A DNA stretch of 64,000 bases from Candidatus Marinacidobacterales bacterium (GTDB lineage: Bacteria; Acidobacteriota; Vicinamibacteria; Marinacidobacterales; SMYC01). The notes under the pieces are model-generated. The model made no database searches, was not told the DNA's origin, and worked only from the letters and a program-made list of their open reading frames with translations. The stretch is from the NCBI GenBank assembly GCA_965237955.1, contig OZ250169.1, positions 2,048,001 through 2,112,000 of the forward strand, given 5' to 3'. Below, one piece after another: positions 10,435-20,236 of this stretch. The stretch's first letter is position 1. Every line of letters starts with the position of its first letter. The position numbers and the translations under genes were made by a program.

Positions 10435-10800
10435 CGTTGTGTCCAAAAACACAAACGAACTCAAGATCGGCGCGCCGGGGCCGTTTCGATCGTCATCAAC
10501 CTGTGGCGAGCCCCAGATCTGGGGGTCGGAGGCGATGTCGGCGATTCGAGGTCTCCGTACGCGCAGGGAAAACACCGTCCAGCAAGGGGATGCCACGCTC
10601 CCGAGCGGAAACCTGGGTCCAGGCCCAGGCTGCACCTGGACCAGAACGTGCTAGCCCGCTGCGCCGCGGTAGCCCCAGCCTCGATTCTAGGTCCTCTAGA
10701 GACGAGAGCGCGAACAAACGACGAAATCATGCCGGCATGGTCCCGGCAGACCGGAGACTAATCAAGTTCGGTGCGCGCGGATGAATAAATAGAAGGCACA
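10435..10800. mobile_element. 366-bp MITE-like unit bounded by B3 (10435-10698) and D5 (10704-10800)
   Basis: The B part matches 25098-25140 plus 27334-27555; the D part matches 5582-5679. Confidence 0.75.
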
Positions 10801-10848
10801 AGCTGAATTATGGGCTATTAAAAAAAGGCCGAGTTTTGGCACAAGACG
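10801..10848 (-). repeat. Family A, copy 7 (degenerate)
   Basis: agctgaattatgggctattaaaaaaaggccgagttttggcacaagacg. Confidence 0.8.
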
Positions 10849-12530
10849 GGGTGCGCCTCAGCGCGGACTCCGTCCACTACTTTGTTCAAGGTCGATCCCT
10901 TTTGTTCGACGGTGACGTCGATTTCACGAACGACTACCAGGGCGTGCGACCACGGATCAAGATCTCCGAGCGGTACCCTGTGGGCCTGCCGTTGCTGTCA
11001 TTGCCGTTTCTCGCCGGCGCACACCTTCTCGTTCGCATCGGCATAGGGCTTGGCCTCGATCTCCCAGCTCATGGATTCGGCTATCCATACGAGACCGCGT
11101 TCGAGCTGAGCGGCTATTTCTTTGCTTCGCTCGCACTCGTTTGGCTCCTTCGCACCGTGAGCGCGTTTGTGCCTCTCGGGCTCGCGGCACTGAGCCTCGT
11201 CACATCCGTGGCCGCGTCGTTTCTTGGATGGTACATGGTGGTCGAAGCAGGCATGCCTCATGCGATGTCGTTCGCATGGACGAGCTTCTTCCTCTGCTAC
11301 TGGCTAAACGCCCGGCCCGTTACTCGTAGGCGCGATTTCGCCTTGCTCGGTCTGCTGATTGGTGTCGCCGCGCTGGTGCGGTGGCAGAACGGCGTGATGA
11401 TAGTGCTTCCTCTCCTCGATCGGTTCTGCGATTCTCGCGAAGCAAAGACACTTCTCCACGACGGTGTCGTTCTGGTTGCAAGTGCGGCGGCGGCATTCCT
11501 GCCTCAGTTGGTGTTTTGGCAGGTGGTATCGGGAAGCCCAGTGGCTCTCCCCACGGAGGGACACAACGTCTCCTGGACCCAGATGCGGTGGTCCGAGGTG
11601 CTGTTCTCTACGAATCGAGGTCTCTTCCCCTGGAACCCGGTCGCGTATCTGGGCGTTCTCGGCCTAGTGCTCTGGCTTCGCTCTTCCAGACTGGCATGGC
11701 TCTTCATGACCGGGTTCGCGCTGCAGGTCTACGTGAATGCAAGCGTAGGTATCTGGTGGGCAGGCTGGTCGTTCGGTGGGCGGCGTTTCGACGGTTGTTT
11801 CCTGTTCTTCGTGGTGGGTCTCGCGGTGCTCTTCGATTGGCTGCGTCGGCATCCCATCATCCCAATTCTCGGAGGAAGCCTAGCCCTCGTTTTGTGGAAT
11901 CTGGAACTTGCGCATCAAACGCGGCGAGGGCTCGTGCCACCCGATCGCCTCGTCTCCTTCCGAAGCGTATCGGAGAGGACCGTCCGAGAGCTATATGACC
12001 GCTTCGGCTACCCGTTTGCCGCGCCTGCGAATTGGATCTTCGCCAGGCGCTTTGGCGTTTCGCCGGAGAAGTTTGACCGCGTCTTCGGTCACGAGGGCTT
12101 CGGAAATTTTAAGCTGGTGTTCGATTCGGGTAGCGAGCCGTTTGTTGCAACCGGCTGGGGAGACGCAGAGCTCGACGCTGATGGACGACCGTTTCGATGG
12201 TCGCTAGGCGAGGTGTCTCAGCTATTAGTCCCGTTGCGGGCCGTGCGGGAGTACGAGTTGAACGTTGAAGTACGGCCGTTTTCTGAGACCGTGCCCAACG
12301 AGCTTCGGGTGTCCGTGAATGGCTCGACCGAGCCGGGTCGCCGTTTGAGCACGGCCGAAACGTTGACAGCGCGATGGGTCCTCTCCGCTGAGCTCTTTCG
12401 GCCTGGAGTCAACGTCCTTGCGTTCCGCCTCGTTAAGACGAAGCGCCCCTCGGAGCTCGACCTGAGTGCAGATTCCCGCGAACTCGGGGCAGCGTTTTAC
12501 CGGATGGAGCTCGTCGCCGTACCGGACTGA
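10849..12530 (+). CDS. Multi-pass membrane glycosyltransferase-like protein (GT-C/ArnT-like), 5'-truncated by the A7 end
   Basis: D..HYF...RSLLFDGDVDF.ND loop, about 10 TM segments, WWAGWSFGGRRF, and a C-terminal soluble domain. Confidence 0.7.
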
Positions 12531-12719
12531 GGCCCATCGAGGCATCCATGTCTCAGACGTGTGCTAGGATACCCGCCTTCTTATGGCAGAGCTCCGGCGC
12601 TGGACTGCGACGGCTTCTCTGACACGCCCTGCCGTACTTCTCGCAATTCTCATTCTCGCGGCGGTTCGTTGGTGGGCTTCAAGGGGAGCTGCTTTCCGAG
12701 GAAGTCAGATAGTTTGTGA

Positions 12720-13123
12720 GCCATCGTACTTGGCTGCGATGAGGCAGCGGTACCAACGCAGAAGCGTAGCGGGTGTGGCAACGGACGTAATCTGGGCCAG
12801 CGCCTCGCGGCCCAAAGCCTGGGCCTTGACGGCGAGCCTGCGCCGGTCGTCGTCCGAGAGCCTGAGACGCTTGCCCCGAAGCCCGGCTCGGAGCACACGG
12901 TTCTCCTCTTGCTGGTAGTCGATCACATCCTGCTGCTGGCGGTTGACCCAGCCAGCTAGAACGAGCAGTAGGAATTGCACGTGGTACGTCATCATGGATC
13001 TGAAGATAACACCCTCGGGCCAGACGATTGTAAAGCCTACGGCCCTTGGTCCGGTCGCAAACACAGACACTAAGCTGCTGATTTATGGTCTATTTCAAAA
13101 GGGCCGAGTTTTGGCACAGGACG
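12720..13123 (-). mobile_element. Family A, copy 8: left end plus the first ~92 codons of the rve gene
   Basis: Near-identical to 16396-16800 in reverse. Confidence 0.92.
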
Positions 13124-13433
13124 GGGTCCATATCTCGATACCGACACCAAACCCGGACCGAGTCTTCATGAAACAAGTAGCGCTCGACCTTACGCGGAGC
13201 GCTTCTTGCGCTCGATCAAAGAGGAGTGCTTGAACAGGATGGTCTTGCTTGGCCGGAATGCGTTGGAACGCGCTCTCCGCGAATATCGTCTCCATTATCT
13301 GCGTGAGAGAAATCACCAGGGTCTCGGCAACCGTTTGCTAGAGGATTTTCCCCAGGACGCGGATGGGCCCAGCGTCGAGTGCCGCGAGCGACTCGGCGGC
13401 CTACTTCGTTATTACTATCGTGGGGCTGCCTGA
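13124..13433 (+). pseudogene. Internally deleted 3' fragment of a paralogous rve transposase
   Basis: VHISIPTPNPDRVFMKQVALDLT then AERFLRSIKEECL...RNHQGLGN...ERLGGLLRYYYRGAA. Confidence 0.85.
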
Positions 13434-13728
13434 GTAGATACGTTCGAGTGCCGTCCGAGCCGCCCGGTGGGTTTCGTATCGTCGTGGCATTGACCTCGGC
13501 TGGCAGCCTATCGAATCCTCGATTCGCGTAGACCCGGTCATCGACCCTCCACAGGCCGACTTCGAGCTCGACGTACTATTTGCACCATACGAGCTCGCCA
13601 ACATCGTGGTTCCATCATCCGCATCGTTGGCGGCGGACGCCGGTGTCAAACCGTAGACTTTGCAACGGGTTATCCATCTGTAGCTCTTTTTTACGATGGC
13701 GGCAGGAAAACGTTCCTATAATAGCGGT

Positions 13729-14205
13729 ATGGGAAAGCTTCTTTTGCTGTTCATCATCGTCCCCGCCGTGGAGCTCGGTCTTCTCATCCAAGTGGGAATC
13801 TATCTCGGTACGTGGCCGACGCTCGCGTTGATCGTCTTCACCGGCATCGTGGGTGCGTATCTGGCACGGCTGCAAGGTCTCTCGGTTTTGACCTGCGCTC
13901 AGGAGCAGATGGACCGTGGCGAGCTCCCCGCGAGCTCGCTCGCGGACGGCGTCATGATCCTCGTCGCGGGCGCACTGCTGATGGCACCGGGGATCCTCAC
14001 CGACGCATTCGGCTTCTCGCTGCTCGTGCCCGGCTTCCGCAACCTCATCAAAGACATCTTGCTGGCGTGCTTCCGTAGAGCGGTCGAAGAAAATCGAGTA
14101 CACGTGCACGTCTCCGGGATGGGATTCGACGCCGACTCGGGTCCGGTGGTGGACATTCGACCCGAGAGCTTCGAGCCCGATCCGCCGAAATACAAAGTGC
14201 ATTGA
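13729..14205 (+). CDS. fxsA: FxsA family membrane protein
   Basis: LFIIVPAVELGLLIQVG...G.LL..PG.LTD..G..LLVP signature. TATAAT at 13717-13722 lies 6 nt before the ATG (possibly leaderless). Confidence 0.9.
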   Translation: MGKLLLLFIIVPAVELGLLIQVGIYLGTWPTLALIVFTGIVGAYLARLQGLSVLTCAQEQMDRGELPASSLADGVMILVAGALLMAPGILTDAFGFSLLVPGFRNLIKDILLACFRRAVEENRVHVHVSGMGFDADSGPVVDIRPESFEPDPPKYKVH

Positions 14206-14340
14206 CCGTCTTCTGGCGCTACTGGCTCCTCCAAATTCCCGGATGGGTCGTCTTGGTCGGTCTGGATCGGCGTGCTCATGACCGAGGACGCTAGCTTTCT
14301 GTTGGCGAAACAAGCGTAGGCAGGTCTAATTCGAGACATC

Positions 14341-14384
14341 CCGGTGCGTAGGTCCTGAGTGCGTTTGTGTTTTTGGACACGACG
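14341..14384 (-). repeat. Family B, copy 4
   Basis: rc cgtcgtgtccaaaaacacaaacgcactcagga. Confidence 0.85.
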
Positions 14385-14438
14385 ACTTCCGGGTGCGAAG
14401 TTCACTGCCCGTAGCTCGCCACGCAGCCCAAGGGTCGG

Positions 14439-14508
14439 CGGATTCCAAGGGCGTCTAAGCTGCTGATTTGTGGTCTATTTCAAGAGGGCCGAGTTTTGGC
14501 ACAGGACG
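14439..14508 (-). repeat. Family A, copy 9 (A' subtype)
   Basis: cggattccaagggcgtctaagctgctg...ggcacaggacg, nearly identical to 18432-18501. Confidence 0.9.
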
Positions 14509-14566
14509 GGGTATCATGGACGCGTGGCCGGCCGGTTCGGCTGCCATCCTTGGCTCCGGGCACGCG

Positions 14567-16135
14567 ATGAGAAAGGCTCTCGCAGAGGGACGTACCCACT
14601 CCCCTGGACGCGTGCGATTGCCAATCGGGCAAGGGCGCTCCGCGGCACGGGCTACCGCGCCGTTTCTCTGTGTGATGGTCGGCGTGCTCGCCTCTACCTT
14701 CCTCACACCATTATCGGCGGCCCAGCAACCTCCGGATGTCGAGCTCTTCTTTCAGGCGGCGAGCTACGACAAAGAGGAAGCGGAGGCGGCGCTGGCGCAG
14801 ATCGCGGAAGGATGGAACGACGGATACGCGACGATGGTCATCGATATCGTTCGTTTCCTGCAAACCGCTCCACGACGACCTCGGGGAGACGATCTCTTCG
14901 ATGGTCCGACAGGGGCGATTAACGCGCCGAGCGCGCCGCCTTCCGGACCGGGCCGTCGCTCCCCCACGGACATGGCACGAGCCAGACTGACGCACTTTCT
15001 GGAAAGACAAACACGCGAGGGCTTCGGTGACAACTTCTTCGGCTGGCGAGACTGGATGTGGAACCGCCCCTACGAACCTCACCCGGACTACGTATTCTTC
15101 AAGGCGATGCTCTATAGACTGGTCGACGAGCGCATGCCAGAGTTCTTTCGGTCCGGAGGGCAGACCCTGATCCGTCTCGACGAGGTGGAATGGGGCGGGG
15201 TCCGGGTGAACGGCATTCCTCCTCTCGATCACCCCGAGCATGTTCCCGCTTCCGAAGCGAGCTACCTCGGCAACGACAACATCGTTTTCGGAATCGCGCT
15301 ACACGGCGATGTGCGAGCCTACCCCAAGCGCATTCTGGCGCGGCACGAGCTGGCTCGAGACCGGGTGGGCGGGATCGAGCTCGCCATCGTCTACTGCACG
15401 CTTTGCGGAACCGTGATCCCTTACGAGGCCGAAGTCGGAGGCGAGCACCGTACCTTCGGAACCAGCGGACTCCTCTATCGTTCGAACAAGCTCATGTTCG
15501 ACGAGGAATCGATGAGTCTCTGGTCGACAGTCGAAGGCCGGCCAGTGATTGGCAGGCGGGCGGGACAGGACCTGGAGCTCCAGTTCCGGCCGGTGGTGAC
15601 GACGACCTGGAAGGAGTGGCGCACCCTCCATCCCGACACGGTGGTGCTATCCCTCGATACCGGCTACGAGCGCGACTACTCCGAGGGCGCGGCGTACCGG
15701 GATTATTTCCGGACCGACCGATTGATGTTCGGGGTTCCGAAGAGGGACAAGCGTCTCAAGAACAAAGACGAGGTGCTGACGCTTCTGCTCCGCCCGAAAG
15801 GAGAGGGCTCCGATGCCGAGCGGAAGACCCTCGCGCTGTCAGCGAAGTTCCTGAAGAAGAATCGCATCCATCATGTCTCCTTCGCTGGCCACGACCTAGT
15901 CGTGGTCACGAGCAAAGAGGGCGCGAACCGCGTCTACGATACTTCCCAGCGACGCTTCGTCAGGCAGACGAAGGACGGTTTGCTCCAGGATAACGAAGGC
16001 AGTCTTTGGCAGGTGACGGAAGACGCTCTGCTGATTGAGGACATCTCGCTCATGCCGCTTGCCCGCGTGCCGGCTCGACGGGCCTTCTGGTTCGGCTGGT
16101 ACGCGCAGTTTCCCGAAACGGAGCTCATCCGCTGA
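14567..16135 (+). CDS. DUF3179 domain exported protein (start uncertain)
   Basis: GGV..NGIPPLD.P, RAYP, YCTLCGT, FGTSGLLYRSNKLMFD and AFWFGWYAQFP motifs. Confidence 0.85.
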   Translation: MRKALAEGRTHSPGRVRLPIGQGRSAARATAPFLCVMVGVLASTFLTPLSAAQQPPDVELFFQAASYDKEEAEAALAQIAEGWNDGYATMVIDIVRFLQTAPRRPRGDDLFDGPTGAINAPSAPPSGPGRRSPTDMARARLTHFLERQTREGFGDNFFGWRDWMWNRPYEPHPDYVFFKAMLYRLVDERMPEFFRSGGQTLIRLDEVEWGGVRVNGIPPLDHPEHVPASEASYLGNDNIVFGIALHGDVRAYPKRILARHELARDRVGGIELAIVYCTLCGTVIPYEAEVGGEHRTFGTSGLLYRSNKLMFDEESMSLWSTVEGRPVIGRRAGQDLELQFRPVVTTTWKEWRTLHPDTVVLSLDTGYERDYSEGAAYRDYFRTDRLMFGVPKRDKRLKNKDEVLTLLLRPKGEGSDAERKTLALSAKFLKKNRIHHVSFAGHDLVVVTSKEGANRVYDTSQRRFVRQTKDGLLQDNEGSLWQVTEDALLIEDISLMPLARVPARRAFWFGWYAQFPETELIR

Positions 16136-16251
16136 GTCCACCACAGAAGCTCACCGTGGATACTCGTCGATGGTTCTCGACCGCGTTCGCATTCTGCTGG
16201 GGCTGTGCCGCCGTGCCAACGGCGCAGCCTCTGCTGGAAGAAAACGAAGCC

Positions 16252-16345
16252 CGTCGTGTCCGAAAACGCGAACGGAGCCGAAATCTCGAGTCCTAGAGGC
16301 GTTTTCGAAATTCGCGGAGACCAGCCGACGCGGCTGTGATCCGCA
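16252..16345 (+). repeat. Family C, copy 3
   Basis: cgtcgtgtccgaaaacgcgaacggagccgaaatctcg... Confidence 0.85.
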
Positions 16346-16435
16346 AAAAAAGAAGATCGCGTATGGACGGGCAGACAGCTATGAGAGCGACATCCCGTCC
16401 TGTGCCAAAACTCGGCCCTTTTGAAATAGGCCATA

Positions 16436-16448
16436 AATCAGCAACTTA
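16436..16448 (+). promoter_or_regulatory. IHF-consensus site in the A end
   Basis: AATCAGCAACTTA fits WATCARN4TTR and is retained in most A copies. Confidence 0.5.
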
Positions 16449-16523
16449 GTGTCTGTGTTTGCGCCGGGGCCAAGGGCCGTAGGCTTTACAATCGTCTGGC
16501 CCGAGGGTGTTATCTTCAGGTCC

Positions 16524-17615
16524 ATGATGACGTACCACGTGCAATTCCTACTGCTCGTTCTAGCTGGCTGGGTCAACCGCCAGCAGCAGGATGTGATCGA
16601 CTACCTGCAAGAGGAGAACCGTGTGCTCCGAGCCGGGCTTCGGGGCAAGCGTCTCAGTCTCTCGGACGACGAGCGGCGCAGGCTCGCGGTCAAGGCCCAG
16701 GCTTTGGGCCGCGAGGCGCTGGCCCAGATTGCGTCCGTTGCCACACCCGCTACGCTTCTGCGCTGGTACCGCCACCTCATCGCAGCCAACTACGATGGCA
16801 GCAAGAACCGGAGTCCAGGCCGACCTCCGACGGCGAAGGACATCCGTGAGCTCATTGTGCGCGTGGCGCGGGAGAACCCGACGTGGGGATATACGCGCCT
16901 GCGAGGCGCACTCAAGAACCTAGGACATGAACTCGGACGCAACACTATCAAGAGGATCCTCGCCGAGCACGGTATCGCTCCTGCGCCGGAGCGGGGCAGG
17001 AGCATGTCGTGGAGCACCTTCATCAAGGCTCATTGGGGTGCCATCGCTGCGACAGACCTGTTCACCGTCGAGGTTGTGAACCCGTTCGGGCTCGTCCGCT
17101 ACCATGTCCTGTTTGTCATCGATATCGCCACTCGCTGCGTGTGCATCGGTGGGATAACGTCGGACCCCAACGGGGAGTGGATGAAGCAGGTTGCAAGAAA
17201 CCTCACTGACATGTGGGATGGTTTCCTCCTTGGCAAGCGATACCTCATCCACGACCGGGACCCGCTATTCACCGAGGCGGTACGTGGGCTGTTGAGAGAT
17301 TCAGGCGTGAAGCCCCTTCGCCTTCCCGCTAATAGTCCGAATCTGAACGCATATGCGGAAAGATTCGTTCTCTCCATACGTCGAGAGTGTCTCGACCGCT
17401 TCGTACCTCTCAGTGAGCGACACCTGCGCACAGCGGTAACCGAATACGTAGTGCACTATCACACAGAACGGAACCACCACTCGGCAACGAGCTCTGATGG
17501 AGGTCTCGGCAACGAGCTCCTCACACCTCTGCCGGCAAGCGCGAATGACGCTGGCCCCATCGTGTCGCGAGAGCGACTTGTGGGCATTCTCAACTACTAC
17601 TGCCGTGCCGCGTAG
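16524..17615 (+). CDS. Integrase-core (rve) DDE transposase with N-terminal HTH, 363 aa
   Basis: [15 protein letters not shown]; triad in [14 protein letters not shown] and NAYAERFV; YHTERNH. Confidence 0.92.
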   Translation: MMTYHVQFLLLVLAGWVNRQQQDVIDYLQEENRVLRAGLRGKRLSLSDDERRRLAVKAQALGREALAQIASVATPATLLRWYRHLIAANYDGSKNRSPGRPPTAKDIRELIVRVARENPTWGYTRLRGALKNLGHELGRNTIKRILAEHGIAPAPERGRSMSWSTFIKAHWGAIAATDLFTVEVVNPFGLVRYHVLFVIDIATRCVCIGGITSDPNGEWMKQVARNLTDMWDGFLLGKRYLIHDRDPLFTEAVRGLLRDSGVKPLRLPANSPNLNAYAERFVLSIRRECLDRFVPLSERHLRTAVTEYVVHYHTERNHHSATSSDGGLGNELLTPLPASANDAGPIVSRERLVGILNYYCRAA

Positions 17616-17844
17616 ATGGTCGCCGGCGACGGTAGCCCCTCGGCGGGCTCGACCGGCGTAGCGTGGAAACCGCTTCAGGAACACGCTTCGATATTCGCTC
17701 TCGACTAGGTGGTCATCTGCATGGTGACGACCCGCCCGCCCAAGACGATTGTAAAGCCCACGGCCCTTGGCCCGGTCGCAAACACAGGCACTAAGTTGCT
17801 GATTTATGGCCTATTTCAAAAGGGCCGAGTTTTGGCACAGGACG

Positions 17845-18284
17845 CCATTCGGGATTGGGCTGACAGCTTTGGTTGGGGCACTCGACCGTTACAGATCGAG
17901 AACGCGCTTATCGCCTTCGAGGTGACTCTGTTTAACAACGCTGTCCGCATTTCAGTAATCCAGCGAGAACGACTCAAAGGATTCTTGTCGATTGGAATAA
18001 ATATAGTCCTATCTGACGATCAGCAAGAGCAGTTTTACGACTTGGAACAGGACGTTGCGGATCTACTTGTAAGAACGCTTCGGATTGAAATGTCACGCAT
18101 GGGAATGGACTTTTCAAACATCGACGTGCCGTTAACTCGTGTCTCACTAGAAAAGAAGTTGCCCATCACTGGCTCTCTGGCACAGCATGAGTTTCTGTCT
18201 ACTGTCGCGCAAGTTAATCGTGCGCGTATTCTATATAGCGAGACCATCGGGCTGACGCTTAACCAAGGCAATATCACTCAGTGA
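17845..18284 (+). CDS. Hypothetical protein, lower GC, 5'-truncated by A11
   Basis: 145 open codons starting exactly at the A terminus. Confidence 0.55.
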
Positions 18285-18431
18285 GCTTGCTGTATTCGAT
18301 GTGCCCGGTGTTTACGAGCCCCGCAGCCGATTTGAGCCAGCCGTGTGCACCCCCGGTGAGCCTGTCACTTGACACCTGCAGCCCAGGGGCCGTAAGCCAG
18401 CCCTGCGGCGCGAAATACCCTCGCTTCTGCC

Positions 18432-18501
18432 CGGATTCCAAGGGCGTCTAAGCTGCTGATTTGTGGTCTATTTCAAAAGGGCCGAGTTTTGGCACAGGAC
18501 G
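18432..18501 (-). repeat. Family A, copy 12 (A' subtype)
   Basis: Matches 14439-14508. Confidence 0.9.
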
Positions 18502-18712
18502 GGACGCGCTTACGCTCCATTTAGCGCGCAGCGAAGGTCACGAGCGCTATTTTGGCTGTAACTTAATGCACCGTAAAGTCTTAGCGACATCTCACCAACA
18601 CTTGATGGCGGAAGCACCGAGCTTCCTGGAAACGCCCGACCCGTCACCGCAGAACCTCATGGCGATCGCACCCTCCCGCAACCTCGCTGGCCCGTTCCCG
18701 TCGCGGCGCTCA

Positions 18713-20236
18713 TCACGGGCGCGGTCCGGAGCGTCGCTCGTTCCCCTGTGAACCCTGGCGCAAACTGGCGAGCACCTTGCGAAAACTATTCAAGCCAGCC
18801 GCAAGGGTTTCGATGATCTCCTCGGCGAGGTCGTCGGGCTCCGGAAGGTTGTCCAGGTCCGTCAGGCTTTTGTCCTTGAGCCAGAAGATGTCGAGACTGG
18901 TCTTGTCGCGCGCTCTGAGCTCCTCGTAGCTGTAGCTGCGCCAACGGCCTTCCGGTGCGTCCTTTTCGTCCCAGGTCGCCTTGCGCTTGTGCCGGTTCTG
19001 TGGGTTGTAGCAGTGGACGAAGTCCGCGAGATCGTCAAGGCGCATGGGCTTCTTCTTTAGCGTGTGGTGGATGTTGGTACGGTAGTCGTAGTACCAAACT
19101 TGCTTCGTCCAGGGATTAGGGCTGGCTTCGCGGTTATCGAAGAAAATCATATTGGCCTTGACCCCCTGCGAGTAGAACACGCCGGTCGGAAGGCGCAGGA
19201 TGGTGTGCAGGTCGGTGTTGTCCAGCAACTTCTTGCGGATCGTCTCACCGGCGCCGCCTTCAAACAGCACGTTGTCTGGCACTACTACGGCAGCGCGGCC
19301 CGTGGTCTTGAGCATCGTACGAATGTGCTGCACGAAATTGAGCTGTTTGTTCGAGGTGGTCGCCCAGAAGTCCTGCCGGTTGTAGGTCAGGTCGTCCTTT
19401 TCCTGTTCGCCTTCTTCGTTCGTGAAGCTCATGGAACTCTTCTTGCCGAAGGGCGGGTTCGCGAGCACATAGTCAAAGCGCTTGCCAGCATCGGCCACAA
19501 GCGAGTCATTCGGCGATATGGGCGCGCCTCCCTCGATCTCACCGATGTTGTGCAAGAACATGTTCATCAGGCACAGGCGGCGCGTGTTGGCGACGATCTC
19601 GTTGCCACGAAACGCCTCGTGCTTCAGGAACGCCTTCTGTTTCTTGTCGAGCTTGAAGTTGTCCGAATTGGTAATGAAGTCGTAGGCGGCCAGGAAGAAA
19701 CCGCCCGTGCCACAGGCAGGGTCGGCGATGAGCATGCCCGGTTCAGGCTGTACACATTCGACCATGGCACGGATGAGGGCTCTCGGCGTGAAATACTGGC
19801 CCGCGCCCGACTTGGTGTCTTCGGCATTCCTCTCCAGCAGGTTCTCATAGATGTCGCCCTTGATGTCGGCACCCATGGTCACCCACTCGGTATCGTCGAT
19901 CATGTCGATCAAACGATAGAGCTTAGCCGGGTCCTGGATCTTGTTTTGAGCCTTGGTGAAGATCTGCCCCAGCATGCCCGTCTTGGTGCCGAGCTCGTGA
20001 AGCAGAGCGATGTAGTGGCCTTCGAGTTCTGAGCCCCTCTTCGATTTCAGGCTTTGCCAGTTGTATTCGGCGGGGATGCCGACATTGCGATTGTAAGGCG
20101 GTTTGGCATACTCGTCGGCCATCTTGAGGAAGATCAGATAGGTGAGCTGCTCCAGGTAGTCGCCATAGCCGACCCCGTCATCGCGCAGGGTAGTACAGAA
20201 GCTCCAGACTTTGGAAATTATGGGGGCGGTGTTCAT
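18713..20236 (-). CDS. hsdM: Type I restriction-modification methyltransferase
   Basis: GQYFTPR, DPACGTGGF and NPPF motifs. Confidence 0.95.
   Translation of the reverse strand: MNTAPIISKVWSFCTTLRDDGVGYGDYLEQLTYLIFLKMADEYAKPPYNRNVGIPAEYNWQSLKSKRGSELEGHYIALLHELGTKTGMLGQIFTKAQNKIQDPAKLYRLIDMIDDTEWVTMGADIKGDIYENLLERNAEDTKSGAGQYFTPRALIRAMVECVQPEPGMLIADPACGTGGFFLAAYDFITNSDNFKLDKKQKAFLKHEAFRGNEIVANTRRLCLMNMFLHNIGEIEGGAPISPNDSLVADAGKRFDYVLANPPFGKKSSMSFTNEEGEQEKDDLTYNRQDFWATTSNKQLNFVQHIRTMLKTTGRAAVVVPDNVLFEGGAGETIRKKLLDNTDLHTILRLPTGVFYSQGVKANMIFFDNREASPNPWTKQVWYYDYRTNIHHTLKKKPMRLDDLADFVHCYNPQNRHKRKATWDEKDAPEGRWRSYSYEELRARDKTSLDIFWLKDKSLTDLDNLPEPDDLAEEIIETLAAGLNSFRKVLASLRQGSQGNERRSGPRP

Larger units (their letters stand above)
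16396..17844 (+). mobile_element. Candidate autonomous rve-integrase element: A10 left end, transposase gene, inverted A11 (17743-17844)
   Basis: About 100-bp inverted A sequences flank the gene. The true right boundary is uncertain and could be A' at 18501. No target duplication seen. Confidence 0.65.

Noticed and set aside
14496-14520. Outward -35 (TTGGCA) in A ends forming hybrid promoters
   Set aside because: Candidate -10 boxes at the junctions checked are at the wrong spacing (about 10 nt at A9, 21 nt at A6).
1977-18501. Family A repeats as a CRISPR array or integron attC sites
   Set aside because: Spacing is irregular (0.2-3 kb), both orientations occur, no cas or intI gene is present, there is no attC palindrome, and the repeat is contiguous with a transposase 5' end.
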